This document shows positions 38,753 to 53,879 of a stretch of DNA of 64,000 nt, piece by piece. The stretch covers positions 26,598,001 to 26,662,000 of the forward strand of contig CM022679.1 in the NCBI GenBank assembly GCA_012295275.1, given 5' to 3'. A program made the translations under genes and the position numbers. Source of the stretch: Chrysomallon squamiferum (taxonomy: Eukaryota; Animalia; Mollusca). Every line of letters begins with the position of its first letter. Within the stretch, counting starts at the first letter, position 1. Below the pieces are notes generated by a model, which was not told where the DNA came from, did no database searches, and saw only the letters and a program-made list of their open reading frames with translations.

Positions 38753-38859
38753 TTTTATTTTATTTTATTTTCTAATGGCTAACATCATTAACACATGAAA
38801 ATATGAAAACAAGAAGCTTGCGGAAAAGTCGGGTAGCAGCCATTTTTTTTTTTTTTTTT

Positions 38860-38943
<84 letters not shown>
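38860..38943. repeat. (AG)n microsatellite
   Basis: Seen directly in the sequence. Confidence 0.95.
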
Positions 38944-38947
<4 letters not shown>

Positions 38948-39955
38948 GTGTATGAGCTGGTATGGCTGCTTCTTTATGTTTTTCATAAGGTTATTACAGT
39001 TTAATAATAATTTATTTAACCAACAAATACAAATAATTTATTGTCCATTAAATAATCAGAAACCTGTACTATCGGAAAAAAATTTAATAATAATAACAAA
39101 CAAAACAAATCGGAAACGAGTAAACTCCTAATATGTAGTGGCGTTATAAATTAACGACAGCTTTATAAATCGTTATCGTCACAACAATTATTTTGAAAAT
39201 CTGCTGCGTTTCTTTTTCGCCGCAGTATATTTCCCTGTCATGCTGGGCTAATGTGAATCACGCCGCGTGATTAATGGAAATTTATTAGTGCGCAACAAGT
39301 CGTTCGTTCATGACGCTTTCTCGGTCGCATTGACTATCGTAAACGACTACATCGAGCCGAGTAAACGATATGTCAAGCTAATTATATTAATATGGCGAAC
39401 CGTTTAATTTAGCGTCAGAGTACTGAAGTATTAAAGTTCATTCTGCACGGATTTCATTTCTGTGTCTTCAGCGGAAATTTCGATGAAGGTTTGGTGGACT
39501 GGATGTACGTACGCTTGCATTCGGCATATAACCTGTTCGTGAATTTCCGTTGGTTTATGTAAATTAGCTTACGTGCAGTAATTATTATACGTATATTTAG
39601 CATCTCTTATAGTAAGCAAATTTTACTAGTTAATCTGAAAGAATATTTAATTCACTTTTCGAAACGTAGGGCTGCATCTATTTATTTATTTATTCTACAA
39701 GATACACTAGAGATGAAATTACCAGTCCTTCAATTACTCTCGTTTATTAACAATAAATGTCATTGATAGTCTGTGGAGCGCATTCTAGAATAGGATACAG
39801 TTCATATGGTACAGAATAACGATTGATCTTGCAAAGCATAAACAAGTATCCTAAATTAGAAACATGCATGCAAATGTGTATTGAATATAAAAATAAAAAT
39901 GAAACGAAATAAATAATGACGATAGCGATGATAATATCAAATGAAATAAATGAAA

Positions 39956-40002
<47 letters not shown>

Positions 40003-40449
40003 TAGCAGTAATAATAATAAATAAAATAAAATAAATAAGTAAATAAATAAAGATATAATTAATTAACTATATAAATAAATAAATAAATAAATAAATGAAA
40101 TAAAACAAAAGACAAATCTTCTAGAAAGAACGCTTATTAAAAGAAATCCCAATTTTCTTGTAGCGATGAAAAATTAATTGTCGGCGACAAAACAAGCGAC
40201 TTAATATTTAACACTTGGGACCAGGGATACTCATCTGAATCAGAAATACTTGTATCAAATCTTTGGAGCACTGTACAGTCCACAGATGACTAATTGTGTT
40301 TGACTCCATGTCTTTTTTTCCTTAATCAGAAACGGCATCTTTGATTGTGGGTAAGATATTAGTTAATGTTTGACTAGGGAATTTTCTTCATTCAGCTGAT
40401 ACGTATATTTGTTCATTTAAAAATGAGATCTGTTCAAATTGTGTTGTTT

Positions 40450-40569
<120 letters not shown>

Positions 40570-41267
40570 ATAAACAAATCCTGAATGGATTTTAGCCAAT
40601 TTCTGTTACATGATTACACAGAAATACAAAGACACAAAATACCAAAAAAAATAATGTATGTACGTCAAAGAAATCTTCAAGTGCCGTATTTGTTCACACC
40701 ATGGACTTCTCAGCGAATGCTCTGAAAGTACACAGCCGACGTGCGCAATGATTTAATTAAGGTCCAGCTTCACATGATCGTTCGGTGCAAGTGTATATAA
40801 ACAGGCCGCAGTTTCTTATCGACTTGACCACAATTCAGTCGTGCCGTTCTTCTACCAACCTAAACGTTTAGACCCCGCTAATCAGCATTTTCCCAGATCG
40901 GTCATGGAGCGGTTTCATTGTCTTAATTGTCCAAACTGCCGGTGCGCCAAGCTACCGTCGCTTCCTTGGCAAGTTAACTCCCTTGGGAAATTAGAGTTGA
41001 CGCACTTGAAGAAAAAGTAGTCCAACAAAAATGCACAACACGCGGTACTTTGACAACTGAGGTATTTATTTAAGTGAAAAGACGCGAACCATTTCACCCT
41101 CGGTGTCGTTTTGTTTGTTTCTATTGCATAAACGAGTTATCAAATAAAAAAATAAAAAATAAAAATAATAATGTTATTTTTAACTAGGCAGTATTATGTT
41201 ATTGAAGTTTTTAGGTCGTTTTTGTCAATCCTCGAGGTTTGTGCGGAATTATCCAGAATATAATGAT

Positions 41268-41500
41268 AAAATGTTTTATTTAATACGTTTTAAATCAACG
41301 TCTATACGAGGTTATACATAGTATCAAGGACCAGAGTTAAGGGAAAAAGAAATCTGCTGCCGGCTATTCTTTTATGATCAGCAGCAAGGGCTTGTTTACA
41401 GGTGCGTACAAACTGGAAACCATTTACTGTATACCAAGACCTTTCACAAAGCAGCCATAAAGCGAGCACTGGTTATAACCACAAAAACAGACCATTCCCT
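41268..41500 (-). mobile_element. Eroded SINE remnant
   Basis: AAATGTTTTATTTAA...GATCAGCAGCAAGGG...ATACCAAGACCTTT...GAGCACTGG; shares the GCAGCAA.GG core with the 54-kb copy. Confidence 0.45.
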
Positions 41501-43404
41501 AGTTATTTCTGGATAGAAAGTGATACCTGTTACCTATCGATATTTTTGCTTTACGTTACTTAACGACTATATCGTGTAGTATAAGTATAAAAAAATAATA
41601 TATTGTAATTTCTGAGTCACCTACTTTATATTCAGACTTGAAAACAACAAACGTAACAGCTGAGCAAAAATTATGTTTCACAAATATGTACATTAAATTT
41701 ATATAAGCATTTCACGATTTATAGCACGATTTCCTTCTTACGTTCGGCCTTGATCCGATATTATTATTATTTATTTATTTATTTTATTATTTCAAGTTAT
41801 TTATTTATTAATTTATTATTATTGTTATTATTGTTGTTATTATTATTATTAGTAGTAGTAGTATTTATTTAATTTATTATTATTGTTATTATTATCATTA
41901 TGATTATTATTATTATTATCATCATTATTTATTTATTTAAAGTTATTTATTTATTAATTTATTATTATTATTATTTCATAAGAATAATATTAAAACAGCT
42001 TCTTGCTAGACGCTCATAAAATAAATTTGATCAAAATGAGGCACTTCTCCACCCCCGATCTTCGCAAACTAATCCTTAAAAATGTTATCATTATTTAGAC
42101 GTTTATTCGTGTTTCAAAAGGAACTACATTTATTGTTTTGTGTTTGAACACACTTTATCAAACATCGAGTAAAAAAAAAAAAAAACCATCAACGCGATCA
42201 CGTTTCGTTCGTTTGGTTTTAAAACTACGGTCCGTCTGGTTCATTATTCCGCACTTCCTGCTTGAAACGAGAACCAGTGGACGCGTAAACAGGACCGATA
42301 ACTCCGCACAATGCCGCGGATAATTATTTCTTTTATATTCAGGAATTTCCAGCAGAACGGAGCAGCGCTGCAACTTAACGAGTCTGTCGGAGAAAACACA
42401 CAGAACTGTAATATAAGTATCTGTGATAGCATTAGCAATTCCCAGCGCAATTCGGTTGAATTGCAGACTTGTGTGCAATTACGTTTAAAATAGTAACTAG
42501 TTTCTATTATTATAAGCTTACATCGACCAATTAAATCTCCACACACCGGCAGATGAGTCGCATGTGGTATGACGTCAGAGCGGTAATTAGATAACTGCGC
42601 TGAAAGAAAGCGAATGTTAATTTAACAACACCCGTCGTACATAACTCTTCCACACCGCGCCATTTCTGCTCTCGCCGTTACTCTGTTGTTATATGGATTG
42701 TCAGTGTATCAATAGCAGCAACAATAACAACAGCAGCAGCAGCAGCAGCACTACAACAAAATTCAAAACAGTAATAGTAATAATAATAACAGCAACAACA
42801 GCGACAATAATAACACAAAAATAATATTTTAAGCTTACGCACACAGACACATATAGACATACATACAGGTGTATATATATTTATATGTTCACGCGTGTGT
42901 ATTCAAGTGTTTGTCAATGCTTGTGTCTGAAAGACAAACGCAAATCATTGCTAAATTAGCTCCAAGTTGAACCAAGACCGAACCAGTTCGGCACAAATGT
43001 ACTTTTTACTGGATCCAAACTTAAATCCATCCATTCACCCATTTCAGAAATACTCACATCCTAAACACAGACTGACTGAGAGTATTAACGTTCTTATTAA
43101 AATCGGATGCTTTTATTTTATTTTATTTTATTTTATTTTATTTTATTTTATTTTATTTTTGAGTTGAAAAGGTTTATTGTATATCTAAACATACCTTTGA
43201 CAATGTGTGGCTATTAATAGGCGATCTGTTATTTCAGAATTCACCAGTGCGGGACAGTTATAAAGATTTATGGGAGCATATATTTGTTGAGATAATCACG
43301 GATCCTAAACGCCCCGAGCACAAACGCAAATTAATATGGAAAATGGCTCTAAATTATCAGAACAGTTCTCCGTGATCGGCCTTCCAGAGTAAATTGTACA
43401 GTTC

Positions 43405-43515
<111 letters not shown>

Positions 43516-44544
43516 GCAGAGAAAATAATAGTAATAAGAATAATAATAATAATTATATTATTTTATTTTTGATTTTGTGGTTATTGTTATAAGTGGCAAT
43601 ATGATAGTAGTAGATACAACAGTGATAGTAATAGCAGTGGAAGAAGTAGTATTAATAACAATAATAATAATAGTAGTAATAACAATAATAGTAGTAGTAG
43701 TAGTAGTAAAACCAATGGTAGTAATAATAACAATAATAACAGCAGTAGTAGTAAAAACCAATGGTAGTAATATTAATAGTAGTGGCAAGTAGTAACTTAT
43801 GTACTGCTGCTATTTCTACTGTTAATAATGTCGTTATTGATGTCGTTTGTTGTTTTTTCTTTTTGATGTTATTGCAATTACTGTATTCGTAAGCGCAGAT
43901 TTGTATCCGGGAGTGTGAATAAAACGTGTTTACACATCAGTGTTTCTACAGCTGTCCTTCTGTACTGAACTTAACAACGTCAGTATTGAGCTAGACACAG
44001 TTTTTCTATTAGTGTTTTAAAATTTAAATAATGGGGGAAAATATCCTGTTGCCCACGCCTACGTTTGTTTGTATGCGAGAATCTGTGTTTGTGCAAACGG
44101 TTGTAAAACGTCTATTCGTTGACTTTGTGTTTGTGAATGCACGTGTAAATGTTTGTACATGCATTCACATGCATGTGTTAATGCGTGTTGGTGCAAGCTT
44201 ACATAGATGTATATCTTACGTGGATGCATTGCCTCGTTCTTTCCTAACTTCTTTCTTTCTTTCCTTGTTCTTTCGTTTTTCTTTCTTTCTTTCTATATTT
44301 CTTCATCTTTGTCGTTATCATCATCAACATCATCTTCATCATCATCATCGTTGTTATTATTATAATTATTGTTGTTGCTCTTGTAGTAGTAGTAGCAGTT
44401 GTTGTTCTTCTTCTTTTCTTCTAATTTGGACATAATTCGTTTTAGAATAATTTATTTAGTTTTATATAATTTTAACAACAGTCATGATAACAGTATAAAA
44501 TGTAACTTAAATTTCATTTCTCTTCATTAGTTCTGTATATTAGT

Positions 44545-45213
44545 TCTAACATTAGTAATAAACAGCTCTGTATCTAACATTAGTAATAAACAGCTCTGTA
44601 TATAACATCAGTAATAAACAGCTCTGTATATAACATCAGTAATAAACAACTCTGTATTTAACATTAGTAATAAACAGCTTCTGTATTTAACATTAGTAAT
44701 AAACAGTCTCTGTATTTAACATTAGTAATAAACAGCTTCTGTATTTAACATTAGTAATAAACAGCCTCTGAATATAACATTAGTAATAAACAGCTCTGTA
44801 TCTAACATTAGTAATAAACAGTCTCTGTATCTAACATCAGTAATAAACAGCTCTGTATTTAACATTAGTAATAAACAGCTTCTGTATTAAACATTAGTAA
44901 TAAACAGCTTCTGTATTAAACATTAGTAATAAACAGCTTCTGTATTAAACATTAGTAATAAACAGCTTCTGTATTAAACATTAGTAATAAACAGCTTCTG
45001 TATTAAACATTAGTAATAAACAGCTTCTGTATTAAACATTAGTAATAAACAGCTTCTGTATTAAACATTAGTAATAAACAGCTCTGTATTAAACATTAGT
45101 AATAAACAGCTTCTGTATTAAACATTAGTAATAAACAGCTTCTGTATCTAACATCAGTAATAAACAGCCTCTGAATATAACATTAGTAATATACAATCTC
45201 TGTATTTAACATT
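44545..45213. repeat. Minisatellite, 28-29 bp unit, ~23 copies
   Basis: Unit TAACATTAGTAATAAACAGC(T)TCTGTAT(T). Confidence 0.97.
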
Positions 45214-45229
45214 AATTTGACGATAGCAC

Positions 45230-46400
45230 GGTATATGTATCAAAACTGTGAACTAATATGCCACACAGGGCACATCAGAAAACAGCATATAACATTAGAT
45301 TAAATGTAAATTCAACGTGCCGTACATTTAGCATTGATAGGAAGCCTCATTTGTTACCAAATGCATATAACATTAGTTTGAACCTAGTGTTTCGTTTCTA
45401 ACATTTATTTTGGAGTTAACGTATCACAAGCTTTGTAATATGTATCTTTTTACTCTTAACCTTCAAGTATGTCAAAATATCGTTCTCAACATTAGTCTGA
45501 ATTTATCGCGTATACATAATTTTATTTTGAACCCAATGAAATTATGTGATGCTAATGCATTCAGCATTAATTCGAACCTAACATGTGTAGTCAACATTAA
45601 TTTCAACCTAAGGTGTAACAAATATTAATACACAGGACGCAAGGGCGACACTTACGTGTAATGAAGTGCGTACTGGACGCCAGTTTAAACCTAACGTCTC
45701 GTAAATGTGTAGTCATTACTTTGAACCTAAGGAGACATAAACTGGCTGCGTAATTATCTACGTCTGTTTGAACCTGGCGTCTCGTAAAGTGGAGGTGGAG
45801 CGTAAGGTTGCACAAACTGTGTGAGATATTCAGTCTGAAACTAATTTATAATAAACTGCGTATGAAATAAAATTTTGAATTGAGGTGGCATAAATAACAT
45901 ATTTAATGATAATGAATTTAAACTAAGTTTGGCATAAATTTTATAAGATATTTAGTTTGAATCTAATTTATAATAAATTCTATATGAAATATCAATTTTG
46001 AACTTATGGTGGCATAAACTGTATATTTAATTTACGAATCTGAATTTAAATTGAAGTTAACTGTATACGATATTCTTAATTTGAACCTAAACTATGATAA
46101 ATTATATATGAAATATTTATTTGAACTTAAGGTGGCATAAACTGTGTAATATATCCAGTTTGAACGTAAAGTGGCATAAACTGCATATGAACCTAATTTA
46201 TAATAAGCTATATATGAAATATCTATGTGAACTTAAGGTGGCATAAATTGTACAAGATATTCGCATTGAACCTACTTCATAATAAGCTGCATATGAAATA
46301 TTAATTTGAAATGATTAAATATTTAAAACTGAACCATAACGTGTCGTCGTTATTATGCTCTACGTGAAATACTAGTTTGAGTCTAACTTACTATATATTC
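45230..46400. repeat. Degenerate ~37-40 bp tandem array adjoining the 29-bp minisatellite
   Basis: Recurring (A)TTTGAACCTAA / GAACTTAAGGTGGCATAAACTGTATATGAAATATT. Confidence 0.8.
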
Positions 46401-47616
46401 AGCGTTAAATGTGACGTAAATAATATTTTGTATTTGGCGATCAAAAGATTGCTCGAGCGAGCTTTGTGGAAATGTATATGAAAATAAACGTAGTTGAATG
46501 TTTTCTTGGCTGAACGTGGTCGATGGTTTGTACGGTTTTTGCCTGTATAAACACTCGCCGTTATTCGAACAAATCTGCATTTGAAAAGAGCCACTCGCTA
46601 TTGCAACAGGTGTTCGAGTTTTAACAGAATCCCGTTATAAACTAACACAGTCCAGAGGTGGGGATTATTTTCGTTTTATTTATTTGTTTGTTATCTTTCA
46701 TTTAATATTTATTTATTTATTTTAATTTTTTTTTTTTTTAAAAAAAAAAAGAAGAGAAAAAAAGAGTTAAGATAAAAAGAATAGCAAAAATAAGAAAGCA
46801 AAAAAAAAAAAAAAAAAAAAACAGTAAGAAAAAAAGACGTCGCTCTCTCTTTAATTTTTATTAACTCTCTCTCTCTCTCTCTCACTCTGTTTTTCTCCGT
46901 CTCGTACAAAAGGAGAACAATTACGTTTTTGCTTTCGGAATAATATCCGTTCCCTGGGGATTCCGTTTCTAAATTGTGTAGATATTTCTTGCCGATTGTT
47001 CCATAATTTGAAAAACAGCGGGCCCACCATAATCCAATTTCCAAACATTTTATGCATCTGTGATATAGAACAGTCCAGTCATCGGCCGGCATTTAGGGAA
47101 TAGAGGCAACAATGAGACGTTCGACGTTTCAGAATCTATCGCAGTTCTTGACACACTGAGTCCAAGCCGCATTGAGCGAACGTTGCTGGTTTCGCGATGC
47201 TTTGTCGAGTTTGTTAGACGGCGGCGTTTCGCTAATGCTCTGCAAGGAAAAGTGGAAAAAAAAACAAAGAAACAACAACAACAAAAACGAAACAGTTGAT
47301 GGTTTGGTTAGGTTTTTTTTTTACATATGTGTTTGTGTATATATATATATATATATTTATATATACATCTGTGTTTGAAGTTACGAAGACATTTTACGTT
47401 GGAATCATTAATTCAACTTTCTTGGAATCGTGAAGATGTTGGGGTTTTTTTGAGGGGTGGTTTTTTTTTTTTGGTGATTTAATTTAATTTGATTATTATT
47501 ATTATTTATTATTTTTTAAATAAACTTTTTTGTTGTTTGATGAGAGAGAGAGACAGAAGAAAGAAAAAAAAAGAGGATGTAATCAGAGTTTAAGGTAAGT
47601 GGTTTTAGATTTTTAA

Positions 47617-47651
<35 letters not shown>

Positions 47652-48452
47652 ACGTGTGTGCGTGCGTGCGCCTATGCTCTGGTGTCTGAAGATGAATTGT
47701 ACTGTTTTAATTATTTTATTTAATTTGGTTGATAGTTGTAATTACAATTATATAAATTACACATATCTGTTTCTATATTTATTATCGTTATATATTTATT
47801 TATCGTTCATCATTAATATCATATTATTTATTTATTTATTTATTTTATCTTTATTTTAATTTTTATTTATTCTGGTCATTCATCATTACTGTTGAATAGG
47901 CAATTATTTAAAATTTAAAAATATATATTTAGTATATCGTTTAATTGATGAAATTATATTATATTTAGTTATTTATCATTGTCGACTTCATTGCCTTCAT
48001 CACCATCGTATCATCATCATCATTCTTCTTCTACTTTTTATCGTTGTCGTTGTATTATCTTCGTCATCAACATCATCATCCTCACAGTCATCGGCTTCAT
48101 CGACATCGTTGTTGTCCTCATTATTCCCATACGGCACACCACTTATCACATCATACTACAATTAAATCAGCTAATTTATACCACTACAACGCTGAATCTC
48201 AAATTATTCTAAATTTATACGTCATTATATCGACTCGTGCCATGAATTATGATAATTAGCCCCTGATGTTATTTATGTCATAAAACAGGGTTAATTTGTA
48301 CCCACTGTTAATTCACGGACTATGCGTTCTACGCTGGCATAATTTACACAGGTTCTCAGAAAGGCTTAATTATTTTAATTGCGTAAAAACGCTCCGAACA
48401 TAATTTGAAACTGGTAAAGGTCTGAAATGAGGAGGGGGTGCAATAAGAGTTC

Positions 48453-48577
<125 letters not shown>

Positions 48578-49839
48578 ATTATTATAACTTTCTTTTAAAT
48601 TTAATATGGCAATATAACTTTGCATTTGAAATTTAGCACTGAATTATTTTCTCTCTAGCTTAACGAAATTTATTCACTTTCATAAACGATAGCTTATTTT
48701 TCAAGACTACCTCTGCAATATAATTTTTCCATGTACAGAGGTGGTTGGTATACAAAATTATGAATAAATTGTCGATCTCTGTAGCATGAACTGTAGAACT
48801 CAGCCGTTTGTCGTGGCTTAGAGGTGTGTTTCTGAACCTATTTCACTGTCAGTTGGCCGTAAGCCTTTTTGTTCATCTGAGACTAAATTTCCTTATCTTT
48901 TAGCTCATGTTTTGGTCCGCCTCTGCCTGCAGCTTCGTTCATCTCAAAATAATTTTATTCATCTTTGGAAGAACCATTCTACCTTTATAAGAATCACTGA
49001 GCCTTCGAGCCGAATTAATTGTCATATTTTCAGTCAGTACTGTCAACAACAACAATAATAATAACAACAACAACTATAACAGTAATAGTAATAATAATAA
49101 GAGGAAAAAAAAAATAATAAATACGAAGTACAACGAAAGAAAGAAAGATAGAAAGAAAGAAAGAAAGATAGAAAGAAAGAAGGAAGAAAGAAAGAAAGAA
49201 AGAAAGAAAAAGAAAAGAAAAAGGGGGCTTTTGCAGTTTCCCCGCAGATAAGGAGGGCATCATTTCCACGACCAATCCCAGGACCACAAAACTTTTCGCT
49301 GTCATCAAAATCTAAACGTTAAGCAAATACAGTCACAGATACGAAGTGCTGTTGTGTTAAGCACAAAAAGATTAATAGCTTGCTTCTGTAATACCACACG
49401 GTCAGTTAACATCTGTTTTAAATTTTAATGCGTTTTTTTTGTTGCGAAATCTGAAATGGGTTTTAAATTGTAATGGCGTTTAAACAGTATCTGCGACAGA
49501 TTGCAACACTGCGTAATTTTAGACGACCATAGAAAAAAAAAATTAACTTTACGTGCACCGTGCACAAGATCTTTATAATCGGCCAGAATTGCAAAACTAT
49601 CGACTTTTCAATAATAGGGTTATTAAACCGTAAAACAAACATGGCAGTTTTTAACAGCATACTGACATGGATCCTGCTCTTGACATTCAAAATGGTTTTT
49701 TTTTTTTTTTTTTTTTTTTCGTTTAAAAAAAAAAAAAAAAAAAAAATGAAGAAAAAAAAAAAAAAAAAAAAAGAAACCAACAACAGCAAAAAAAAATGAA
49801 GTCATGATAATAATAATCATAATCATAATCATAATCATC

Positions 49840-49880
<41 letters not shown>

Positions 49881-50456
49881 TATAATAATAATAATAATAA
49901 AAATAATTGTTATTATTATTATTATTATTATTAATAAAATAAAATAAAAACGTTTTTGTTTTTTTTAAATTTATTTATTTATTTATCTTTTATTTATTTA
50001 AAGTACTTCTCAGTCAAAGTAGAACTGAATTACGTGTTATTATTAATAAGCTGGCAGATATTCCTGTTCAGGAAATGGGAATATATTCTGTAGCAATTTG
50101 TTGTCTTAGAAACGTGGCCAGTATTAAATATATACGTTGACTGCATCTGTAATCTAGAAGATGATCAATGTTCTGGTTTACTATTCCAAAAAACTCCTCA
50201 TATAAATACTGTGACACAGATACAAATATACATATATACATAGATACAGAGGTTGTCCCTTTGGCCAGTTGATATCGTCATATATATATTTATATGTATG
50301 TATGTATGTATGTATATATGTATGTATGTATCTATGTATGTGTATATGTATGTATGTATGTATCATGTATGTATGTATGTACGTATGTATGTATGTATTT
50401 ATGTATGTATGTAGTATTTGTATTTATCATATATGCATAGAAATATTTTAGACAAA

Positions 50457-50548
<92 letters not shown>

Positions 50549-50574
50549 AGAGAGAAGAGAGAGAGAGAGAGAGA
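50457..50574. repeat. (AG)n microsatellite
   Basis: Seen directly in the sequence. Confidence 0.95.
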
Positions 50575-52224
50575 GGTGGCATACAATGGATGAGTTGACC
50601 TTAAACAGAAAGTGAATTAATGGCTGTATGTGCGTGCCTATATATGGAAATTCTAGAAATCACAGTCTGAGAGAGTCCTTTTGTCAGTGGTAAATCATCT
50701 TAAAAGTGAATAAATGCAAATGTCAGCTCATAATAACATAGTTATCTGAAATTTGATATTTACAGTCAAACTTAACAACAATTTACAAGTCCATATATCT
50801 TGATATTTCTGGACTGGAGCAGTCTTCTCGTTACGAATAAAAAGATTTAAGCCGTTTCTAGCTTCTAATTTCTCTTTTGCGCCGCGTAAGAGAAAAATAA
50901 CAGAACGGTTAGTGCAGTACTTTTGGCGACATGTTGTGCTTTACGTTACGGCTATAATTATTTCCGGTTTGTCTAAATACGCGGAAGCGCCACAAAGAAA
51001 CGTCACAGTTGGTGAAGATTACAACAAACGATCGACTGATGCGTTCACTGTTCTGTGACAGCAGATTATTGTATTTCCTACTTGTCGCTCGTGCGTTTCG
51101 TGAAACACGCTCAGCGCCCGATTAGGAAACGCCATAACGATAAACTCACGTGTAACCTGTCACATTTTTAATGCCCCTTCGATAATTATTAATACAAAGA
51201 AACCGGTACAGGGTCTAACGATGAAGCAGCGAGAGCGGAGAAAATCCATAACGCTTTTTTTTTGCCAAGTCATTGACGATGGTTTACCATATGTTGCGTT
51301 TCGCTGTTTGAAGTTAATCGACATCAAAGCAAAATAATCTTTCGGAAGCAGTCGTTTTAGCCGTGCCGTAGGTGCAAAGTTATGACCAGTTTTTCCATGC
51401 CCGTGCAATTTTTACCAACTGCGTACCCGTGCACCGTATCGTCAACCAATAAATCATACGTTCAGCCATGACATATATTCTTCAGAAAAAAAAAAAAGAA
51501 GAAAAAAAAAAAGAAGTAGAGGAAGAAGAAAAAAAATTTAGTTCAAAGGCAATATTTATTGTTAGTGGCATGTCCATCAGATATATCTGAAGTGGTGAGA
51601 AAAAAAAAAAAAAAAAAAAAAAAAGTAAAATGTGGCCTCCATTTCATGATTTACGGTGAGAAAAAAAAAAAATAAATAACATTAGAAAATAAATTTCAAA
51701 AAGATAATAACTGAAAAATGATGGTGCTGTATTAAACTAATAAAATGTTCAATAACTTCGAATATAACACTGTATGGGTGTGTTTTTATATTATGGGTAA
51801 AACGAGAAAGTCAGATTTATCTTGTTATCGATCAAGAACAGTTATTGTGTTATAAATAATTTGTATATGGGTTATTTCTTTCAAAGAAAAATAATCAAAA
51901 ACTCAACGAAATAAACAAACAAACAAATATATAAATAAAAAAAAAATTAAAAAAGAAAAAAGAAACAAACTATCAAACAAATAAATAAATGAACATCGTC
52001 AAGACATTATTATGACCGTAGTATGTAAAATGAATGAAATGGGAAAACAGAGACTGTAAAAATGTAAACAAAGATGTTTTCTTTAATTTTCTTTTCTTCT
52101 TCTTCTTCTTCTTCTTCTTCTTCTTCTTCTTCTTCTTCTTTTTCTTATTATTATTATTATTATCATTGGATTGTTTACATTTTGTTTTATTAGTCATGAT
52201 CCTTCAAATCTTTTTGCAAATTCA

Positions 52225-52595
52225 TCCCAGACAGTATCCCATCAATACCTTGTATCATATATATCCCAAAACCCCACAATGTTTCTATAACGCAAATCCC
52301 AGCGTACCCCATCAAAAGCAACGTCAATATCCCCTTCCCAAATCGTATCCCCCATACAGTCAATATCCCAGACAGTATCCCATCAACATCGTCATCCCAG
52401 ACAGTATCCCATCAATACCTTGTATCCCCCTCATACAGTCAATATCCCAGACAGTATCCCATCAATACCTTGTATCCCCCTCATACAGTCAATATCCCAG
52501 ACAGTATCCCATCAATACCTTGTATCCCCCTCATACAGTCAATATCCCAGACAGTATCCCATCAATATCCCCCTCATACAGTCAATATCCCAGAC
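52225..52595. repeat. Minisatellite, 50-bp unit
   Basis: CAGACAGTATCCCATCAATACCTTGTATCCCCCTCATACAGTCAATATCC: three perfect copies (~52398-52548) plus partial ones. Confidence 0.95.
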
Positions 52596-53573
52596 GTCCA
52601 CATTCATCATAATTATATCTGAAGAGAAAAAAAAAAACACAACACAACACAACAACAAAAAGCAAAAACCCATAACCGCACACGTCCGTGACTGTGAATC
52701 AGTTTGAGGTGGCCGTGTTGTGCTGAGAACGTCTGTCATAATGAGACCGGCTCAACGTGCCAGTCTCAGCTGACTGTGTATGAATTACACTTCAGGGTCG
52801 GAGTTATTTAATTTGAAAACACGTCAGCTGCAGGAGGAACGTCTTCGGCAGATACCCACGACGGCGTTTTTAACTGTTGCTATTATTAGTTTCTTTTTTG
52901 GCGTGAAGGTCATCACGTGATCGGCATTTAAAATATAACCGCGATAGCTAGCTGGTTATTTGTAAAACCTTTTTTTTTTTTTTTTCGTTTTCTTAGCTTT
53001 GCCCACCGCAGCGGAATGTAGTAATATGTCCTATGCTTTGATGTGGTGGTGGGGGGCTGATAGATTTTTTTTTTTTTTTTTTTTTTAAACCAAAATTTAG
53101 AGACTTTTAAAAGAAAATGGATGATTTTTTTGGTAAGAGCTTTTAGTTTAATTTTGTTTGTTATCACATTATATCAGTTTATAGGGTTAGAAAATAGAAT
53201 TGATATTTATTTGTATATTTAAAAAAAAAAAAAAATAAATCAAATCAAATAAAATCAAAATTTGAAAGTACATAAGATATATGCATAAAAGAAAGTGGAT
53301 GAATTTTAATCTCACTGTTTAGTCATATTTTGATTTATTATCAGATTATATCAGTAATAGAAAATAAAATCACTGTTTTTTTTTAAATTTAAAATAATAG
53401 AAATATATACAATAATTAATTTTTCAAGTCAGTTCAGTTAAACCAAAGGTTTGCTTCTTTTCTCTTTGAATGATAAAAATTGCTTGATGCTGTGGAGAGT
53501 GTTTTTTTCATTCCTGTTTTCCACATTTTATTCTTGTGTGTCTGGTAAACGAGAGTTTGTTTAGAATCATAAC

Positions 53574-53635
<62 letters not shown>

Positions 53636-53663
53636 AATAGTAATTATAACAGTAATAATAACA

Positions 53664-53703
<40 letters not shown>

Positions 53704-53879
53704 TGATAATAATAAAAATAACAACAACACCACATAATAACAATAAAAATAACAATAATAATAACAACAATAAAAATAACAATAAAAACAACAATAAAAA
53801 TAATAACAACAACAACAACAACAACAATCTGAACTAATTTGTTATCGTTATTAGTACACCCTATGACAAAACGTAGAAA

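Noticed and set aside
40794-40840. TATA box plus Inr (TATATAAA ... TCAGT)
   Set aside because: Spacing is about 41 bp rather than ~30, and no downstream exon was identified.
44545-45213. CRISPR-like array (29-bp repeats)
   Set aside because: Units are head-to-tail with no unique spacers, there are no cas genes, and the context is eukaryotic. The same applies to the 8.7, 19.6 and 52.3 kb arrays.
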